A stretch of DNA of 64,000 nt, taken from the NCBI GenBank assembly GCA_045586765.1, contig JAZNAX010000029.1, positions 6,012 through 70,011 of the forward strand, written 5' to 3'. The number at the start of each line of letters is the position of its first letter. The stretch's first letter is position 1. A program made the position numbers and the translations under genes. The notes beneath the pieces are model-generated. The model made no database searches and was not told where the DNA came from. It was given only the letters and a program-made list of their open reading frames with translations. Source of the DNA: Christensenellaceae bacterium. Its GTDB lineage: Bacteria; Bacillota; Clostridia; Christensenellales; Borkfalkiaceae. Of the stretch, positions 7,872-16,211 are shown piece by piece.

Positions 7872-7878
7872 TATATGT

Positions 7879-8757
7879 ATGGGGCAAGGAATTATAGTAA
7901 TAAATCCATATCAAATTCCAAAAGAAAGCGTGCATCAAGCAAATAGGCTTAAAGATGAACTTAACGCTTTAGGCGTGTCGGCAAGTATTGTAACCGACAC
8001 CTTTTTAACGAGCATAATTTTAGATAATAAAATAAAAACTGAGTTAAAAGATGTTGATTTTGTTATCTATTTGGATAAAGATAAATATCAGTCTGAAATC
8101 CTAGAAAGTTTAGGAATAAGGCTGTTTAATTCGCATAAAGCAGTTCGTGCTTGCGATGATAAGGGCACGACATATCTAGCATTATTAAATAGTGGGCTAA
8201 ATATCCCCAAAACTATTTTCGGTGCGTTATGCTATAATAAAGATATGCCTATTGACACCGAGTGGGCAAAAAAAATAGCAGAAAACTTAGGTTTTCCACT
8301 AATTATAAAAGAAAGTTTTGGCTCTATGGGTAAGGGCGTTTATCTAGCAAATAATTTAGATGAACTTATAGAAGTGATGGAAAAAGTTAAACTTAAACCA
8401 CACCTATTTCAAGAATATGTTGGCGAGCCTGGTGTTGATGTTAGGGTTATCGTTATCGGTGGAAAAGCCGTTTGCGCCATGGAAAGAAGAAACGACAGCG
8501 ATTTTCGTTCTAATGTTGCGCAAGGTGGTTATGGCAAGAAGATAACGCTAGATGATGAGTTTAAGAAAAGCGCCGAAAGGTGTGCTGAAATTTTGGGACT
8601 TGATTATTGTGGGGTTGACCTTCTTTATGGCAAAGATAAAAAGCCTTATGTTTGTGAAGTTAATTCAAACGCCTTTATTTCTGGTATAGAAAGTGTGACA
8701 GGCTTTAACGTCGCTAAAGCTTATGCAGAGCATATTATATCTTGCTTAAATAAATAA
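7879..8757 (+). CDS. rimK: RimK-family ATP-grasp ligase (alpha-L-glutamate ligase-like), 292 aa
   Basis: ATP-grasp layout with ...PLIIKESFGSMGKGVYL..., ...QEYV...GVDVRVIVIGGK..., RSNVAQGG and ...YCGVDLL...PYVCEVNSN. ATG 7879 is the only plausible start and has no SD. Confidence 0.8.
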   Translation: MGQGIIVINPYQIPKESVHQANRLKDELNALGVSASIVTDTFLTSIILDNKIKTELKDVDFVIYLDKDKYQSEILESLGIRLFNSHKAVRACDDKGTTYLALLNSGLNIPKTIFGALCYNKDMPIDTEWAKKIAENLGFPLIIKESFGSMGKGVYLANNLDELIEVMEKVKLKPHLFQEYVGEPGVDVRVIVIGGKAVCAMERRNDSDFRSNVAQGGYGKKITLDDEFKKSAERCAEILGLDYCGVDLLYGKDKKPYVCEVNSNAFISGIESVTGFNVAKAYAEHIISCLNK

Positions 8758-8779
8758 AAACTTAAAAATTATACAAACT

Positions 8780-8809
8780 AAGTGTGCTAATCTAGTGGCA
8801 CACTTTTTT
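8780..8809 (+). terminator. rho-independent terminator after rimK-like
   Basis: AAGTGTGC (8780-8787) pairs with GCACACTT (8798-8805), followed by a T run. Confidence 0.7.
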
Positions 8810-8860
8810 GTTTTTAATTTTTTGTTTTGAAATTTTTTGAAAATTTTTTTCATAAAACAC

Positions 8861-8888
8861 TTGACAAGCAAAAAAAACTGAATATAAT
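8861..8888 (+). promoter_or_regulatory. sigma-A promoter TTGACA-16-TATAAT for hsp20
   Basis: TTGACA 8861-8866 and TATAAT 8883-8888. Confidence 0.7.
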
Positions 8889-8899
8889 AATAATTGAAA

Positions 8900-8926
8900 T
8901 TAGCACTCGACACATGAGAGTGCTAA
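8900..8926. promoter_or_regulatory. CIRCE operator (HrcA binding site), perfect consensus
   Basis: TTAGCACTC-gacacatga-GAGTGCTAA. An extra right half-site GAGTACTAA lies at 8941-8949. Confidence 0.95.
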
Positions 8927-8979
8927 CAATTAAAACACGAGAGTACTAAAAATATAAATAATATAAAAGGAGATAAACT

Positions 8980-9399
8980 ATGAGAAACTATTTAACAAAC
9001 AGAAATTTTGAAGCATTTGACATTTTTGATGACATATTTGATAACTTTTTTAAGCCTGCAACCTTTTCAAACAAGGTTTCTAGTATGAGAGCCGACATTA
9101 AGGAAAGCGAAAAGGAATATGAACTTGCCGTTGACCTTCCTGGTTTTGATAAAAAGGACATCAATTTAACGCTTGATAACGGATATCTTACGATAAGCGC
9201 TAAAACCGAACAAAAAGAGCAAGATGATTCTAACTACATTAGAAGGGAAAGGGTATGCTCTTATCAAAGAAGTTTTTATGTGGGAGATGTAGTGACCGAA
9301 CAAGATATTAAGGCAAAATATAATAACGGCACATTAGTTCTTAATATTCCAAAACTTGAAAGAAAAGAAATTCCAGCAAAACATATAGAAATTGACTAA
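8980..9399 (+). CDS. hsp20: Hsp20/alpha-crystallin family small heat-shock protein
   Basis: 139 aa. Alpha-crystallin domain (YELAVDLPGFDKKDINLTLDNGYLTISA...GTLVLNIPK). CIRCE lies upstream. Confidence 0.9.
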   Translation: MRNYLTNRNFEAFDIFDDIFDNFFKPATFSNKVSSMRADIKESEKEYELAVDLPGFDKKDINLTLDNGYLTISAKTEQKEQDDSNYIRRERVCSYQRSFYVGDVVTEQDIKAKYNNGTLVLNIPKLERKEIPAKHIEID

Positions 9400-9404
9400 C
9401 ATCA

Positions 9405-9445
9405 AAAAACCTAAATGGCACGAAAGAGTGCCATTTAGGTTTTTA
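9405..9445 (+). terminator. rho-independent terminator after hsp20
   Basis: AAACCTAAATGGCAC-gaaaga-GTGCCATTTAGGTTT followed by a T run. Confidence 0.85.
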
Positions 9446-9459
9446 TTAGCAAAAAAAAG

Positions 9460-9487
9460 TTGACAAAACAAATTAACATTATATAAT
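9460..9487 (+). promoter_or_regulatory. sigma-A promoter TTGACA-16-TATAAT for htpG (no CIRCE)
   Basis: TTGACA 9460-9465 and TATAAT 9482-9487. Confidence 0.65.
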
Positions 9488-9530
9488 AAAATATAGCAAA
9501 AACAATTTAGCAAAATTTTGGAGACATAAT

Positions 9531-11402
9531 ATGAAACAATTTAAGACCGAATCTAAAAGAATACTCGACTTAATGATTAACTCAATTTACACAAATAAAG
9601 AAATATTTTTAAGAGAGTTAATTTCAAACGCAAGTGACGCTATTGATAAGTTAAAGTTTATATCGCTAACTGATAGCAGTGTTTCACAAGATTTTAAGAT
9701 TGCCATTAGCCTTGACAAAGAAAATAAGGTTATGACAATTGAAGATAACGGCATAGGTATGACCGATATCGACTTAGAAAAAAACCTTGGAACTATTGCT
9801 GAAAGTGGCACGCTTGCATTTAAGAAGGAAAACAACGACAAAACTGAAAATGAACTTATTGGTCAGTTTGGCGTTGGTTTTTACTCGGCGTTTATGGTGG
9901 CTGATAAAATTGTGGTTTATTCTAAAGCACACGGCAGTGACCTTGCTTATAAATGGGAAAGCAAAGGTGCAGAAGGCTATTCTATAGAGCAAACCGACAA
10001 ATCTCAAACGGGAACTAAAATTGAAATTTACTTAAAAGACGATACAGAAGATTATAAATACTCTGACTTTTTAGACGAATATAAAATTGCATCACTAATA
10101 AAACAATATTCTGACTATATTCGTTATCCTATTGAAATGATGATGCCAACTACAAAGATGAAAGAAGGCTCTAGCCCAGAAAAGCCAGAATATGAGCAAG
10201 TTTTTGAAAAACAAATACTTAATAGCATGGTTCCACTTTGGAAAAAACCAAAAGCGCAAGTTACAAGCGATAACTTAAACGAGTTTTATCAAAATGAATT
10301 CCACGATTATCAGTCGCCACTAAAGAGCATTTATGCAAAAATTGAAGGCTCTGTAACATACGACACACTTTTATTCGTGCCACAAAAAGCACCTTATGAC
10401 TATTTTTCAAAAGACTATAAAAAGGGTGTTAAACTTTACTGTAATGGCGTTATGATTATGGAAAAGTGCGAAGAACTTATTCCAGACTACTTTGGTTTTG
10501 TTAAAGGTATTGTGGATAGCAGTGATTTAAGCCTTAATATCTCTCGTGAAATTTTGCAACAAGACAGGCAAGTTAAGGCAATTGCCACGAGTTTAGAAAA
10601 GAAGATTTTAGCAGAACTTAAAAAGATGATGGAAGATGACAAAGCATCATACCAAAAACTCTTTGCTGAGTTTGGCTTATCTATTAAGTTCGGCGTGTAT
10701 GCTGGCTTTGGCATGAATAAAGATAAACTAAAAGACCTTTTGATGTTCTATTCTTCTAAAAAAGAGCAACTTGTGACTTTAAGCGAATATGTTAAAGATA
10801 TGCAAGATGGTCAAGAATTTATTTACTATGCTAGTGGCGAAAGTTATGAAAAGATTGGTTCTCTTCCTAACATAGAAAAACTTAAAAACAAGGGCTATGA
10901 AGTGTTATACTTTAAAGACGGCGTTGATGAGTTTGTTGCTAAAATTTTACTTGATTATGAAGGCAAGAAGTTTAAGTCGGTTGCAGAACAAGATTTTTCT
11001 GTTGACAGCCAAGATGAAAAGCAAGAGTTAGAGTCTAAAGAAAAGGAAAATAAACAACTTTTAGACGACATAACTGAAATGCTAAAAGATAAGGTTAAAC
11101 AAGTTAAATTAACTTCTAACTTCAAAAACTATCCTGTTGCCCTTTCTGCAAGTGGCGATGTTTCTATCGAAATGGAAAAAGTGTTCAGTTCAATGCCAAA
11201 CCAAGGTCAAAAGGTAAAGGCAGAAAAGGTTTTGGAAATTAGCCTTGAGCACGGCATTTTGGATAGATTAAAAAATGTTCAAGAAGATAAAGAAAAACTT
11301 AAAAAATACGCAACCGTATTATATGAACAAGCAAGACTTCTTGCTGGCTTAGATATAGAAAACCCAACAGAGTTTGTAAAGGCGTTTTCTGATATTATAT
11401 AG
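9531..11402 (+). CDS. htpG: molecular chaperone HtpG (Hsp90)
   Basis: 623 aa. GHKL ATPase motifs ELISNASDAIDKL and GQFGVGFYSAFMVA, collinear with HtpG. Confidence 0.95.
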   Translation: MKQFKTESKRILDLMINSIYTNKEIFLRELISNASDAIDKLKFISLTDSSVSQDFKIAISLDKENKVMTIEDNGIGMTDIDLEKNLGTIAESGTLAFKKENNDKTENELIGQFGVGFYSAFMVADKIVVYSKAHGSDLAYKWESKGAEGYSIEQTDKSQTGTKIEIYLKDDTEDYKYSDFLDEYKIASLIKQYSDYIRYPIEMMMPTTKMKEGSSPEKPEYEQVFEKQILNSMVPLWKKPKAQVTSDNLNEFYQNEFHDYQSPLKSIYAKIEGSVTYDTLLFVPQKAPYDYFSKDYKKGVKLYCNGVMIMEKCEELIPDYFGFVKGIVDSSDLSLNISREILQQDRQVKAIATSLEKKILAELKKMMEDDKASYQKLFAEFGLSIKFGVYAGFGMNKDKLKDLLMFYSSKKEQLVTLSEYVKDMQDGQEFIYYASGESYEKIGSLPNIEKLKNKGYEVLYFKDGVDEFVAKILLDYEGKKFKSVAEQDFSVDSQDEKQELESKEKENKQLLDDITEMLKDKVKQVKLTSNFKNYPVALSASGDVSIEMEKVFSSMPNQGQKVKAEKVLEISLEHGILDRLKNVQEDKEKLKKYATVLYEQARLLAGLDIENPTEFVKAFSDII

Positions 11403-11428
11403 TTCAAAATAGAATATAAACATAAATT

Positions 11429-11462
11429 AAACTTACCTATGAAAAAATAGGTAAGTTTTTTT
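11429..11462 (+). terminator. rho-independent terminator after htpG
   Basis: AAACTTACCTAT-gaaaaa-ATAGGTAAGTTT followed by a T run. Confidence 0.8.
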
Positions 11463-11583
11463 AAAAATTTTAAAAAAACTACAAAATTTTTAAGCATTTT
11501 TTAATAATTGTATGCTAGAATGTATGTAAATTGAGAAAATTTGCTTAAAAATCGACTAATAAATTACATTTTGAGGTAGCGTT

Positions 11584-14361
11584 ATGTTGCGTTTGCAAAA
11601 AATAACAAAAAATTATAAGGTTGCCGGTGGCGAAATAGAAGTTTTAAAGGGGCTTGACATCGCTTTTAGAAAAAACGAGTTCGTTTCTATTTTAGGGCCA
11701 TCTGGCTGTGGTAAAACAACCACTCTTAACATTATAGGTGGGCTTGATAAGTATACTACGGGTGACCTTGTTATTGCAGGAAAAAGTACAAAGAATTTTA
11801 CCGATAGGGACTGGGACGTTTATCGTAACCAAAGAATCGGTTTTGTTTTCCAAACTTATAACCTTATTCCACACCAAACTGTACTCGGAAACGTTGAACT
11901 CGCTTTAACAATTTCTGGTGTTACTAAAGAAGAAAGAATTAAAAGGGCAATGTCTGCCTTAGAAAAGGTGGGGCTTAAAGGGGAAGAATATAAACGCCCA
12001 AACCAACTTTCTGGTGGTCAATGCCAGCGTGTTGCAATTGCAAGGGCATTAGTAAACGAACCGGACATTTTGCTTGCCGATGAGCCAACGGGTGCGCTTG
12101 ATAGTAAAACGAGCGTGCAAATTATGGACCTTATTAAAGAAATCTCTAAAGATAAACTTGTAATAATGGTAACCCATAACGGCGAAATTGCCGAAGAGTA
12201 TTCTAATCGTATTATTAGGCTTGTTGACGGCGAAGTGGTTGAAGATACAAACCCTTATTCTATTGAGCAAGAAAATTTAGAAAGGGAAACTCAAGAAAAA
12301 GAAAATATTACCGATAAAGAAAAGAAAGAAAATAAAAAGGACAAAAAACCAAAAGCAAAAATGAGTCTTTGGACTGCATTTAAACTTTCTGCAAGAAACC
12401 TTTTGTCCAAAAGGGGTAGAACTCTTTTAACTTCTATAGCAGGTTCAATCGGTATCATAGGTATATCGGCAGTTATCGCTGTTTCAACAGGTGTTAAAAC
12501 ATACATAAACAATATGCAAGACGATATGCTTTCGGGTAACCCTATAACCATAAAAGAAACGACTTATGATATGAGTTCTATTATGAGCGATATGTCAACT
12601 TCTGAAAAAATAGACTTCCTTAAGAAAAAGGGGTATGTAAATGTTGACTCTACAATGGAACAACTTGCTCAAAGTTTTGAGAAAATGGATAAAATAACAG
12701 TCAAGAACAATATCACAAAAGATTATGTTGATTATGTTCTTGCTATGCCTGATAGTTATGCTGCGTTTAAGGTTGACTATGGCATTGATATAACAAACAA
12801 TATTTACACAGACTTTAGAAGAGATGCTAATTATAGCGAACAAGTGTCTATATCTGCAATAAAAGAAATCTACACTAGCATTATGAAAGGCACAGAGTTT
12901 AAAGAGCAAGCATCTTTAATAACTCAACTTGGCAAAACTTTCATGCAAGCACCATCTGACAGCGAATATATAAAAACTCAATATAACATCCTTGAAGGAA
13001 GGGTTGCTCAAGAAGCAAACGAACTTATGATTGTTGTAAATAAGGATAGGGCACTAACCGACCTTACCTTAGCACAAATAGGATATTATACTCAAGAAGA
13101 GTTTTTGAACATTGCTTATCGTGCAGTTAGTGGCGAAGGAAAGCCTGACGTGGGGTATAACCCAGATTTAGACAAAACCGAGTTTACCTATCAAGAACTT
13201 TTAGGCAAGACCTTTACCTATTATCCTAACGATGTGGTATTTGAACAAAAAGCAAGCCCTGTTAATCCTTTTAACTATAAGCATAAGGTTGATTCGACCT
13301 TTACAGGTGGCATGACTTTTGAAGTTGTTGGTATTTTAGAAACAAAAGAAAATATTAACTTTGGCTGTCTAAATGCTGGTATGTATTATACACAAGCACT
13401 TGCAGAAAGCATAATTGAAAGTGAAAAAGCAAACCCAAGTAAAATTTCAACCTTCCTTAATAATTATGCACAAGAAAACGATGGAAAAGGCTTTACAAGT
13501 ATGCTATATACCCAAAAGAACCCACAAACGGGTGAGAATATGGAAATTCCATATGGCATAACCTATGAATACACATATTTCCACGATGCTGACCCAACCG
13601 ACTCTGTAATTCCACCAGAACAAACTGCAATAGGCTTTGTTGGTTCAACAAGTTTTATGAGCAGTATGATGGGTATGATGGGCAACATGATGGGTGGCGC
13701 TATGGGTGCAATGGGCGATATGGGAGATACATATACGCTCTCTGCTCGCAATGTAGGTGGCGTTGCCGTTTCTAACGATATATCTATCTATCCAAAAGAC
13801 TTTACTATGAAAGATAAAGTTGTTGCATACCTTGATAAATGGAACGAAGACGGCGATATTATCGTTGGAGATAAAACGCTTACCAAAGCCGATAGAGAAG
13901 ACATTAAGTATACCGATAACCTATCTCTTATTATGGATATGATAGACTCTATGATAGACATTGTAACTATTGCACTTATTGCATTTACTTCGCTATCACT
14001 AGTGGTATCATGCGTTATGATTGCAATTATCACTTACGTATCAGTTGTTGAAAGAATTAAAGAAATTGGCGTTATTCGTTCACTCGGTGGCAGAAAGCGA
14101 GACGTTTCTAACCTATTTAATGCCGAAACGCTTATGATAGGCGCATCAAGTGGTTTAGTTGGTGTGGGCATAACTTATGTTATTTCTTTAATTGTAAACA
14201 TAATAGTAAACGGCGCAGCAGGTTTTTCTATCATGATTCTTCCTATATCTTCAGCGCTAATAATGGTTGGACTAAGCATTTTCTTAACCGTTATGTCAGG
14301 CTTAATCCCAGCAAGAAAAGCAGCGCACAAAGACCCTGTTGTTGCACTTAGAACCGAATAA
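11584..14361 (+). CDS. fused ABC transporter ATP-binding/permease protein, MacB/FtsX type (925 aa)
   Basis: N-terminal ATPase (GPSGCGKTT, LSGGQCQRVAIARAL, ILLADEPTGALD). This is followed by one TM, an extracytoplasmic domain of about 480 aa, and a C-terminal FtsX-like three-TM bundle. Confidence 0.85.
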   Translation: MLRLQKITKNYKVAGGEIEVLKGLDIAFRKNEFVSILGPSGCGKTTTLNIIGGLDKYTTGDLVIAGKSTKNFTDRDWDVYRNQRIGFVFQTYNLIPHQTVLGNVELALTISGVTKEERIKRAMSALEKVGLKGEEYKRPNQLSGGQCQRVAIARALVNEPDILLADEPTGALDSKTSVQIMDLIKEISKDKLVIMVTHNGEIAEEYSNRIIRLVDGEVVEDTNPYSIEQENLERETQEKENITDKEKKENKKDKKPKAKMSLWTAFKLSARNLLSKRGRTLLTSIAGSIGIIGISAVIAVSTGVKTYINNMQDDMLSGNPITIKETTYDMSSIMSDMSTSEKIDFLKKKGYVNVDSTMEQLAQSFEKMDKITVKNNITKDYVDYVLAMPDSYAAFKVDYGIDITNNIYTDFRRDANYSEQVSISAIKEIYTSIMKGTEFKEQASLITQLGKTFMQAPSDSEYIKTQYNILEGRVAQEANELMIVVNKDRALTDLTLAQIGYYTQEEFLNIAYRAVSGEGKPDVGYNPDLDKTEFTYQELLGKTFTYYPNDVVFEQKASPVNPFNYKHKVDSTFTGGMTFEVVGILETKENINFGCLNAGMYYTQALAESIIESEKANPSKISTFLNNYAQENDGKGFTSMLYTQKNPQTGENMEIPYGITYEYTYFHDADPTDSVIPPEQTAIGFVGSTSFMSSMMGMMGNMMGGAMGAMGDMGDTYTLSARNVGGVAVSNDISIYPKDFTMKDKVVAYLDKWNEDGDIIVGDKTLTKADREDIKYTDNLSLIMDMIDSMIDIVTIALIAFTSLSLVVSCVMIAIITYVSVVERIKEIGVIRSLGGRKRDVSNLFNAETLMIGASSGLVGVGITYVISLIVNIIVNGAAGFSIMILPISSALIMVGLSIFLTVMSGLIPARKAAHKDPVVALRTE

Positions 14362-14400
14362 TGATACATTAAATAAATTTCAATGAACAAAACAAAAAAG

Positions 14401-14434
14401 GACAAAGAAACACATATTCTTTGTTCTTTTTTTA
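14401..14434 (+). terminator. rho-independent terminator after the ABC gene
   Basis: GGACAAAGAA-acacata-TTCTTTGTTC followed by T7. Confidence 0.7.
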
Positions 14435-14505
14435 TGTATAGAAATTGTCGACTATTTATGGCTGAAAAATGAAAAAACTTTATTTTAAAAAAGTGGCGTA
14501 AACTC

Positions 14506-14534
14506 TTGACATTCGCACATAATAGTTTTATAAT
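14506..14534 (+). promoter_or_regulatory. sigma-A promoter TTGACA-17-TATAAT for the hrcA operon
   Basis: TTGACA 14506-14511 and TATAAT 14529-14534. Confidence 0.8.
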
Positions 14535-14545
14535 TATGTCACAAG

Positions 14546-14572
14546 TTAGCACTTTAAGAGAAAGAGTGCTAA
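14546..14572. promoter_or_regulatory. CIRCE operator upstream of hrcA
   Basis: TTAGCACTT-taagagaaa-GAGTGCTAA. An extra right half-site AAGTGCTAA lies at 14587-14595. Confidence 0.95.
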
Positions 14573-14606
14573 CAAAAAAACGTACAAAGTGCTAAAGGGG
14601 AAGTAA

Positions 14607-15632
14607 ATGAAACTTTCTGAGAGAAAGAAAAAGATTTTGCAAATTGTTGTAGATGACTATATAGCAACGGCGCAACCTGTTTCTAGCAAAAGCATAACTG
14701 AAAAATATATGAAAGACGTTAGTTCTGCAACAGTTAGAAGTGAACTTGCAGGGCTAGAAGAACTTGGGTTTTTAACTCAACTTCACACGAGTAGTGGTAG
14801 GGTGCCATCAATTGAAGCATATAAGATGTATGTTGCTGAACTTATGGAAAAAAGCAATCTTTCCTTAAAAGATGTTGGAACAATTAAAGAGGCTTTCCAA
14901 AATCATGCAGACAACTTGGAATCGGTTGTTCAAAACACCGTTAAGGTTATAAGTGATTTAACAGACTACACATCGATTGCATACACTTCTCACAGTGCAG
15001 AAGATAAAATTGTTAAACTTGAAATTTTTAGATATAAACAGCAACAAGCATTGCTTTTGATTGTTACTGAAAACACGCTAATTAGGGATAGATTTATTGA
15101 TATTCCGTTAGAGATGACCGATGAACAAATTGCAGAAGCAAGCAGAGTTATTTCAAAACTATTCGTTGGAAAAAAACTTAAAGAAATTAATTCGCTTGGA
15201 AGTGCCTTTGAAAGTGAGTTTAACGCATATCGCTCTATATTCGACAGCGTTATGTGGGCGATAGAAGATTACATTGTAAACCATAACTCAAAAGTTTTGC
15301 TTGAAGGCGAAAACAAAATCTTAAACCACCCAGAATATACCGATGCTGAAAAGGTTAAAAACTTTTTAACCGTTGTATCAAGCAAAAACAAACTTGCATC
15401 GCTTCTTAGTGAAGAAAACGACGATATTGAAATAAGCATAAAAATCGGTGGAGAAGAAGGCAAGGATATGCCAAAAGATTGCTCGCTAGTTACTGCAAGT
15501 TATTCGGTAAGTGGCGTTAAACTTGGAACTTACGGCGTTATCGGGCCACTAAGAATGGACTATCAAAAGGTAGTTTCAGTTTTAGAAGGCGTTGGCCAAA
15601 TTTTAGAAGATTTAATCAAAAACAAAAAATAA
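14607..15632 (+). CDS. hrcA: heat-inducible transcription repressor HrcA
   Basis: 341 aa. N-terminal winged-HTH (RKKKILQIVVDDYIATAQPVSSKSI). First gene of the hrcA-grpE-dnaK operon, behind CIRCE. Confidence 0.95.
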   Translation: MKLSERKKKILQIVVDDYIATAQPVSSKSITEKYMKDVSSATVRSELAGLEELGFLTQLHTSSGRVPSIEAYKMYVAELMEKSNLSLKDVGTIKEAFQNHADNLESVVQNTVKVISDLTDYTSIAYTSHSAEDKIVKLEIFRYKQQQALLLIVTENTLIRDRFIDIPLEMTDEQIAEASRVISKLFVGKKLKEINSLGSAFESEFNAYRSIFDSVMWAIEDYIVNHNSKVLLEGENKILNHPEYTDAEKVKNFLTVVSSKNKLASLLSEENDDIEISIKIGGEEGKDMPKDCSLVTASYSVSGVKLGTYGVIGPLRMDYQKVVSVLEGVGQILEDLIKNKK

Positions 15633-15645
15633 AGGTAAAAGGCTT

Positions 15646-16182
15646 ATGGAAGACAATAAAAAGAAGGGCAAATGCCTTGAAGAAGAAACAGAAAATGCTC
15701 AAGAAAATGAGCAAGTGGAAGTTCAAGATGTAAACGAACTTTTATTAGAAAATGAAAAACTTAAAAAACAAGTAGAAGAATTTAAGGACAAGTGGATGAG
15801 AAACGTTGCCGAGTTCGACAACTACAAAAAGCGTACTGCAAGTCAATGGGCAGAAGCCTTTAATGAAGGCATTGCAAGTGTAATTATCAAAATCTTGCCT
15901 GTTGGCGACAATCTTGACTGGGCACTTTCACTTGGACTTGACCCAAAGACAGAAGAAGGCATTATCAAAATAAGAAACAAGTTTGATGAAACCTTAAAAT
16001 CACTTGAGATAGAAGAAATCAACCCTGTTGGCGAAGTGTTTGACCCACAAATTGCAGAAGCAGTTATGCAAGTTCCTGCTGGTGATGGGGAAGAAGTGGA
16101 TACAGTTAAACAAGTATTCCAAAAAGGGTATAGAAAAAAAGATAAAATTATAAGATACGCTACAGTTAGCGTTATAAAATAA
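15646..16182 (+). CDS. grpE: nucleotide exchange factor GrpE
   Basis: 178 aa. Coiled-coil N-terminus, then RNVAEFDNYKKR and a C-terminal beta domain. Operon position fits. Confidence 0.93.
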   Translation: MEDNKKKGKCLEEETENAQENEQVEVQDVNELLLENEKLKKQVEEFKDKWMRNVAEFDNYKKRTASQWAEAFNEGIASVIIKILPVGDNLDWALSLGLDPKTEEGIIKIRNKFDETLKSLEIEEINPVGEVFDPQIAEAVMQVPAGDGEEVDTVKQVFQKGYRKKDKIIRYATVSVIK

Positions 16183-16211
16183 AATTTTAGTATAAGGAGA
16201 AATAGATTATT

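Noticed and set aside
7655-8757. 17-aa ORF plus adjacent ATP-grasp gene as a graspetide (omega-ester RiPP) precursor/ligase pair
   Set aside because: The peptide is far too short to hold a leader plus core. It is transcribed divergently with its own terminator. The ATP-grasp protein looks like an ordinary RimK-type ligase. No protease or transporter gene is nearby. This is speculation only.
14175-14552. 125-aa minus-strand ORF spanning the ABC gene 3' end, its terminator and the hrcA promoter/CIRCE
   Set aside because: It runs through a terminator, a consensus promoter and an operator on the opposite strand. It has no independent expression signals.
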